29,615 bases of DNA from Candidatus Krumholzibacteriia bacterium (GTDB lineage: Bacteria > Krumholzibacteriota > Krumholzibacteriia > LZORAL124-64-63), in the NCBI GenBank assembly GCA_046484865.1, contig JAWOID010000062.1:1-29615 (forward strand). The letters run 5' to 3'. The notes under the pieces are model-generated. The model saw nothing but the letters and a program-made list of their open reading frames with translations. It did no database searches and was not told the origin of the DNA. This document shows positions 24,927-29,615 of the stretch, in pieces; position 1 is the first letter of the stretch, and every line of letters begins with the position of its first letter. The position numbers were made by a program, and so were the translations under genes.

Positions 24927-27900
24927 TCCTCCCAGGTCAAATCCCCGAGATCCTCGACCACCACATCGGCCCCGTTGCGGCGCAACTCGTCCGGCGTGGC
25001 GGCGCGAGCCACGCCGATCACGAGACCGAAGTCGCCGCGCCGGCCCGCCTCCACGCCCGAGATGGCGTCCTCCACCACCACGGCCCGGTCGGGCTCCACC
25101 CCCAGCCGCCGCGCGGCGGCCAGGTAGGTGTCGGGCGCCGGCTTGCCCGGCAGCCGCTCCGCCAGCGCCGTGGTGCCGTCGACTCGCGCGTCGAAGAGGT
25201 CGATCACGCCGGCCGCCTCGAGGGTGAGTTCCGCGTTCGTGCTCGACGTGACCAGCGCCGTGCGCACGCCCCGTTCGCGCAGGCGGTGCAGCACGTCGAT
25301 GGTGCCGGGATACGCCCGTACGCCCTCGGTGCGGATGACCTCGTGCACCAGCTCGTTCTTGCGGTTGCCCAGCCCCCACTCCGTCTCCTTCTGCGGCGGG
25401 TCGTCGGGCTCGCCCGCGGGCAGGATGATGCCGCGCGAGACGAGGAAGTCGTGCACGCCGGCCAGCCGGGGCTTGCCGTCGACGTGAAGCAGGTAGTCGG
25501 TCCCGACCTCGAAGGGGCGGAAGGGCTCGCCGCGCCGCTCGGAGCGCTCCTCGAGGTACGCGTCGAACATGCGCTTCCAGGCCTCCGCATGCACCTCGGC
25601 GGTGGCGGTCACCACCCCGTCCATGTCGAAGAGCACGGCGTCGAAGCGGTCGGGCGGAATGACCTCGTCCAGATGCAGACGCGGCCGCGGCTCCGGCCGG
25701 CGCACCGGCAGTTCCAGCGGTTCGCCCGGTTGCAGCGTCACCTCCTGCCCCAGGTGGCGGATCTCCAGTGGCTCCCCGGTGCGCAGCTCGTAGGTCGCGC
25801 GCTCGTGCTCGATCTCCACCCGCAGTTCGCGCCCGCGCACGGTCAGCGGAAAGCTCATGGCCTCCCACTGCACGGGCAGCCGCGGGTCGAACGCGGGCAC
25901 GCCGTCGTGGTCGCGCAACCCGGCGAAGCCGAAGGTGAGCGCCAGCCAGGTGCCGCCGATGGCCGCGATGTGCGCCCCGTCGCGCACGTTGCCGCCGAGG
26001 TCGGCCAGGTCGGTCAGCACGGCGTAGCGGAAGTACTCGTACGCCTCCTCGCTGTAGCCGATCTCCGAGGCGATGATGCTCTGGATGCACACCGACAGCG
26101 ACGAGTCGCCGGTGGTCAACGGGTCGTAGTAGTCGAAGTCGCGCCGCTTCTCCTCCGGCGTGAACCGGTCTCCCAGCAGGAAGAGCGCCATCACGACGTC
26201 GGCCTGCTTGATCACGCGATGACGGTAGATCACCAGCGGGTGGAAGTTCAGCAGCAGGGGGAACTTGTCCGGTGGCATGTCGTCGAGATCCCAGCGCTGC
26301 TTCTCGAGGAAGCTGTCGTCCTGCAGGTGGATGCCCCGGACTTCGTCGTACGGCAGGTACATGAGGTCGGCGGCACGCGTCCACTCCACCGCCTCCTCGG
26401 GACGGAAGCCGGTGCGATCGACCAGGGCGGCGTAGCGCTCGGGCTCCCGCTCGGCCAGCTCGTGCAGCACCCGCGCCGCTGCGTGCAGATTCTGTCGCGC
26501 CATGACGTTGGTGAAGAGATTGTTGTTCACGACGGTGTTGTACTCGTCCGGTCCCGTCACACCGTTGATGCAGAAGCGGTGGCCATCGCGGTCGGTGAAG
26601 AAGCCGAGGCTGCACCACAGCCGCGCGGTCTCCACGAGGATCTCGGCGCCGAATTCGGCCATGAAGGCGTCGTCGCCGGTCATCTGCACGTACTTCGTGA
26701 GCGCGTAGGCGATGTCGGCGTTGATGTGGTACTGCGCGGTCCCGGCGGCGTAGTACGCCGACGCCTCGTCGCCGTTGATGGTGCGCCACGGGAACAGGGC
26801 TCCTTGCTCGCCCACCTCCTGCGCCCGTCGTCGCGCCTGGCCGAGCATGCCGTGGCGGAACCGCAGCAGGTTGCGCGCGATGCGCGGCGCCGTGTAGACC
26901 AGGAACGGCAGCACGTAGATCTCGGTGTCCCAGAAGTAATGGCCCTCGTAGGTCTGGCCGGTGAGGCCGCGAGCGCCGATGCCCGCTCCCTCGGCGCGCG
27001 CAGACGCCTGCAGGAGCTGGAAGAGGTTCCAGCGCACGGCCTGCTGCACCTTGAGGTCGCCGCGGATCTCCACGTCGCTGCGCCGCCAGAAGTCGGCCAC
27101 GAACTTGCGCTGGCTCGCGCGCAGGTCGTCCCAGCCGTCGCCGGCGGTACGATCGAGGGTGCGATCGGCGCGATCGGCCAGCTCCGACGGCGGAGCCGTG
27201 TGCGACGTGTGGTAAGCCTGATACTTGGTTATGCGGAGACTGCCGCCGGCCTCGAGCCGGGTGGAATACACCAGCGAGCCGTGGTCCTCCTCGCAGCGCG
27301 CTTCGACCGAGTACGTGCTCGACGACCACACCTCGTGATGCACGCCGCAGGCGATGGCCATGCCGCTGTTGCGGGTGCGATGCGCCAGGAGCAGCCGGTG
27401 GCCCTCGCAGCGCTGCAGCGCCGGCACCAGCACGCGCTCGTCGAAGGTGCGCGCGCGCCTCGGGTCGCCGTCCTGACCGCGGGCGTCGGTGGGCACCGCC
27501 AGCTCCGAGACGACCACCACCGGCGCCTCCGCGTCGTGGAGGATCACCTCGTAGTCGATGGCCGCCACGTGGCGGTGCTCGAACGAGACCAGCCGGGTCG
27601 AGCGGACCTCCACGCGCTTGCCCGCCGGCGTCTCCCAGAGCACCCGGCGCTCCAGCTCCCCTTCCTGCATGTCGAGCACCCGCTCGAAGTTCAGCAGGTG
27701 GGCGTAGTCGAGGACGAACGGCTCGTCGTCCACGAACAACCGCAGGCGCTTGCCGTCGGGCACGTTGAGCATGGTCTGGCCCGTCGTGGCGAAGCCGAAC
27801 GCGGTCTCGCCGTACGTGATGGGCCACGTCTCGTGGAAGCCGTTGATGAAGGTCCCGCTCTGGAAGACGGGCCGGCCCTCCTCGAAGGCACCGCGTATCC

Positions 27901-28036
27901 CCAGGTATCCGTTGGCCAGGGCGAAGAGCGTCTCGGTCTGCTCGAGATACCGCGGCGCGAACCGCTTCTCGACGATCCGCCACGGGTCCACGGGATAGAT
28001 GTACTCGGGCGGCGTGCGCGGTTCACGATGGAGCAT
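24923..28036 (-). CDS. GH65 alpha-glucoside phosphorylase (trehalose/kojibiose/maltose phosphorylase family) fused to a C-terminal beta-phosphoglucomutase-type HAD domain
   Basis: ETLFALANGYLGIRG, YEGHYFWDTE, GPDEY (catalytic Glu), KQAD, DSSLS; then LFDMDGV (HAD motif I), DGKPR, GKPAPD, EDAISG. GGAGG RBS before ATG 28036. Confidence 0.93.
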   Translation of the reverse strand: MLHREPRTPPEYIYPVDPWRIVEKRFAPRYLEQTETLFALANGYLGIRGAFEEGRPVFQSGTFINGFHETWPITYGETAFGFATTGQTMLNVPDGKRLRLFVDDEPFVLDYAHLLNFERVLDMQEGELERRVLWETPAGKRVEVRSTRLVSFEHRHVAAIDYEVILHDAEAPVVVVSELAVPTDARGQDGDPRRARTFDERVLVPALQRCEGHRLLLAHRTRNSGMAIACGVHHEVWSSSTYSVEARCEEDHGSLVYSTRLEAGGSLRITKYQAYHTSHTAPPSELADRADRTLDRTAGDGWDDLRASQRKFVADFWRRSDVEIRGDLKVQQAVRWNLFQLLQASARAEGAGIGARGLTGQTYEGHYFWDTEIYVLPFLVYTAPRIARNLLRFRHGMLGQARRRAQEVGEQGALFPWRTINGDEASAYYAAGTAQYHINADIAYALTKYVQMTGDDAFMAEFGAEILVETARLWCSLGFFTDRDGHRFCINGVTGPDEYNTVVNNNLFTNVMARQNLHAAARVLHELAEREPERYAALVDRTGFRPEEAVEWTRAADLMYLPYDEVRGIHLQDDSFLEKQRWDLDDMPPDKFPLLLNFHPLVIYRHRVIKQADVVMALFLLGDRFTPEEKRRDFDYYDPLTTGDSSLSVCIQSIIASEIGYSEEAYEYFRYAVLTDLADLGGNVRDGAHIAAIGGTWLALTFGFAGLRDHDGVPAFDPRLPVQWEAMSFPLTVRGRELRVEIEHERATYELRTGEPLEIRHLGQEVTLQPGEPLELPVRRPEPRPRLHLDEVIPPDRFDAVLFDMDGVVTATAEVHAEAWKRMFDAYLEERSERRGEPFRPFEVGTDYLLHVDGKPRLAGVHDFLVSRGIILPAGEPDDPPQKETEWGLGNRKNELVHEVIRTEGVRAYPGTIDVLHRLRERGVRTALVTSSTNAELTLEAAGVIDLFDARVDGTTALAERLPGKPAPDTYLAAARRLGVEPDRAVVVEDAISGVEAGRRGDFGLVIGVARAATPDELRRNGADVVVEDLGDLTWED

Positions 28037-28240
28037 GGTCCTCCAGTCTTCGGCGGTCGCGGTCGCTCGCGGGCGCTCACTCGCACGACAAACTACCGCA
28101 ACCGGCCCGAAGCTGCCGCGGTCAGCGCCTGGCGAGTCTCCGGCTCGCGGGTGGAGCTGGGCGGACCTGGCAGATGGGAGGACCCGAGAAGCGGGCCGGA
28201 GGCCTGACCGGGAGGTCGGCGGACCCGAGAGGTGGTGGCA

Positions 28241-28987
28241 CTAGATCGTCGGCATCGAACTGACCGCTGCGTCGATCGCCACGCGCACCCGCCTCGCGGC
28301 ATCCTCCACGTGCTCCTGCGTGAATCCGGACGGGAAGAACTCGACTCCCCCCACCCCGACCGCGACGGCGCCAGCCGCCAGATAGTCGGCAGCGGTCGCG
28401 GCCGTCGGTCCGCTGGTGGGAATCAGTGGCACCTGCGGCAAGGGTCCGCGCACCGCCCGCAGGAATGCCGGGCCGCCGAGGGCCCCCGAGGGAAAGACCT
28501 TCACCGCTCGCGCTCCGCTGCGCCAGGCCGCGTGGATCTCCGTGGGCGTCGCCGCGCCCGGGATCGCCAGCAGGCCGCACTCGCGAGCAGCCGCGATCAC
28601 GTCCGGATCGAACACGGGCGACAGCGCGAAGCGACCGCCCGCAGCCGCCACGGCTTCCACGTCGTCTCGCGTGAGGACCGTGCCGCCGCCCACCAGCAGT
28701 TCGCCTTGGTGGCCGGGGTTCTGGCGATCCTGGCCGTGAGCCTTCGACAGCTCGGCCATGGCCTCGAGGGCGCCCGGCGTGGTGAGCGTCAGCTCGACGA
28801 CCCTCAGCCCTCCGCGCGCGGCGGCTCGCGCCGACTCGACCAGCCGCTCCCCGCTCGTGAAGCGCAGACACAGGATCGCCCGCTCCCGGCGCACCTCGCC
28901 CCAGGTGGTCTCGGCGAGGTCTCGAACACGGTTTTCGTCTCGGCGCTGATCGCCACCGCGTTCCTGACCGACGCTGTCGCTGTGCAT
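28241..28987 (-). CDS. eda: KDPG/KHG aldolase family protein
   Basis: LRVVELTLTTPGA, VGGGTVL, FALSP, PGAATPTEI, VKVFP (Schiff-base Lys), GPLPQVPLIPTSG. GGAGG RBS before ATG 28987. The longer called ORF (to 29572) is a read-through of repeats. Confidence 0.85.
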   Translation of the reverse strand: MHSDSVGQERGGDQRRDENRVRDLAETTWGEVRRERAILCLRFTSGERLVESARAAARGGLRVVELTLTTPGALEAMAELSKAHGQDRQNPGHQGELLVGGGTVLTRDDVEAVAAAGGRFALSPVFDPDVIAAARECGLLAIPGAATPTEIHAAWRSGARAVKVFPSGALGGPAFLRAVRGPLPQVPLIPTSGPTAATAADYLAAGAVAVGVGGVEFFPSGFTQEHVEDAARRVRVAIDAAVSSMPTI

Positions 28988-28996
28988 GGAAACCTC

Positions 28997-29187
28997 CGCT
29001 GGACGGCGGCCGCTGAACGATGGCCGCTGGACGGCGGCCGCTGGACGATCGCGTTGGACGGCCGCCGCTGGTCGATCGCGTTGGCTGGCGGCCGCTGGAC
29101 GATCGCGTTGGACGGCCGCCGCTGGTCGATCGCGTTGGCTGGCGGCCGCTGAACGGCCGTCGCTGGACGATCGCGCTGAGCGGCGAC
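28997..29187. repeat. Hierarchical tandem array: 14 units of 13/14 bp (cgytgg-led), with 27-bp and 54-bp higher-order periods
   Basis: Units include cgctggacggcggc, cgctgaacgatggc, cgctggacgatcg, cgttggacggccgc, cgctggtcgatcg and cgttggctggcggc; 29039-29092 is repeated exactly at 29093-29146. Confidence 0.92.
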
Positions 29188-29195
29188 CGTACACG

Positions 29196-29224
29196 AAATT
29201 GCGGGATGTCCGCCAGCGCCGCAA
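29196..29224 (-). promoter_or_regulatory. Weak candidate promoter for eda/GH65
   Basis: Minus strand TTGCGG (29224-29219)-17 nt-CAATTT (29201-29196); the -10 match is poor. Confidence 0.3.
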
Positions 29225-29295
29225 GAGTGCAGGCGGGTCCCTCCGTCCGCATTCCAGCGCCCGCGTGCTTTCCTGCCCTGGCGGTCGTCGCGACG

Positions 29296-29615
29296 CTAGT
29301 ACTCGTTCCAGCGCTCGTGCGCGTTGCTGCGCTCGTGCGCGTTGCTGCGTTCGTGCTCGTTGCTGCGTTCGTGTGCGTTGCTGCGCCCGTGCGCGTTGCT
29401 GCGGTCGCGTGCCTTGCTGCGCTCGCGTGCCTTGCTGCGTTCGTGCTCGTGGCGATGACAGGCGGAACAGTACGTGATCAGGTTCTCGAGATCGTTGCCT
29501 CCCCCGCGCTCCCGCGGCACGCGGTGGTGCACCTCCAGGAAACGCGTCCGGCTGCACCCCGGCGCACGGCAACGGTACCCGTCCCTGCCCAGCACCGCCG
29601 CACGCACCGATGGCG
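29296..29615 (-). CDS. HNH endonuclease, 3' end only (gene probably starts beyond the window)
   Basis: PSVRAAVLGRDGYRCRAPGC...LEVHHRVPRERGGGNDLENLITYCSACHRHEH is a classic RDxxRC..C / HH / N / CxxCH zinc-binding HNH motif. The frame is open to the window edge. Confidence 0.88.
   Translation of the reverse strand, partial: PSVRAAVLGRDGYRCRAPGCSRTRFLEVHHRVPRERGGGNDLENLITYCSACHRHEHERSKARERSKARDRSNAHGRSNAHERSNEHERSNAHERSNAHERWNEY
29302..29454 (-). repeat. 18-bp coding tandem repeat (~8 copies) forming the HNH C-terminal tail
   Basis: Plus-strand unit gcgctcgtgcgcgttgct and variants at 29311, 29329, 29347, 29365, 29383, 29401, 29419 and 29437; encodes HERSKA-RERSKA-RDRSNA-HGRSNA-HERSNE-HERSNA-HERSNA-HERWNE. 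Confidence 0.92.

Noticed and set aside
24836..28207. ORFs 24836..28207(+) and 24852..27983(-)
   Set aside because: Shadow frames of the GH65-HAD gene.
28997..29454. Possible CRISPR or TIGR-like guide array next to an HNH nuclease
   Set aside because: Variable parts are short and themselves duplicated exactly, so there are no unique spacers; no cas or Nop-domain gene is visible in the window.
28988..29572. Apparent 195-aa N-terminal extension of eda (QQRARA and QRDRPAAA repeats)
   Set aside because: Results from reading through two DNA repeat arrays and overlaps the HNH gene in another frame; a strong GGAGG RBS supports ATG 28987.

Overview
A very GC-rich bacterial chromosomal window from a diderm organism (it encodes a TonB-dependent receptor); the taxon cannot be fixed from sequence alone. 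From left to right: a probable transposase zinc-ribbon remnant in frame with a DUF2807/GIN-domain gene, a stand-alone response regulator, a TonB-dependent receptor, an S46 dipeptidyl peptidase (DPP11-like), a YkgJ-type Cys-cluster protein, a TIGR03960+TIGR03936 radical SAM fusion, a K+ channel with two RCK modules, a UPF0173 metallo-hydrolase and a PAS/HisKA_3/REC hybrid kinase. A ~9.3-kb surface-glycan modification locus follows: a lower-GC MBOAT+SGNH pair, two divergent [GT4 glycosyltransferase <- -> CapK/PaaK-like adenylate-forming ligase] modules and a polysaccharide deacetylase. The window ends with a GH65 phosphorylase fused to a beta-phosphoglucomutase-type HAD domain, an Eda-family aldolase and the 3' end of an HNH endonuclease. 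Short tandem repeats are unusually dense, including an 18-bp His-rich coding tail on the HNH gene and a hierarchical 13/14-27-54-bp array that ends at the eda ribosome-binding site. No rRNA, tRNA or CRISPR array was seen. All family calls come from motif recognition, not database searches.
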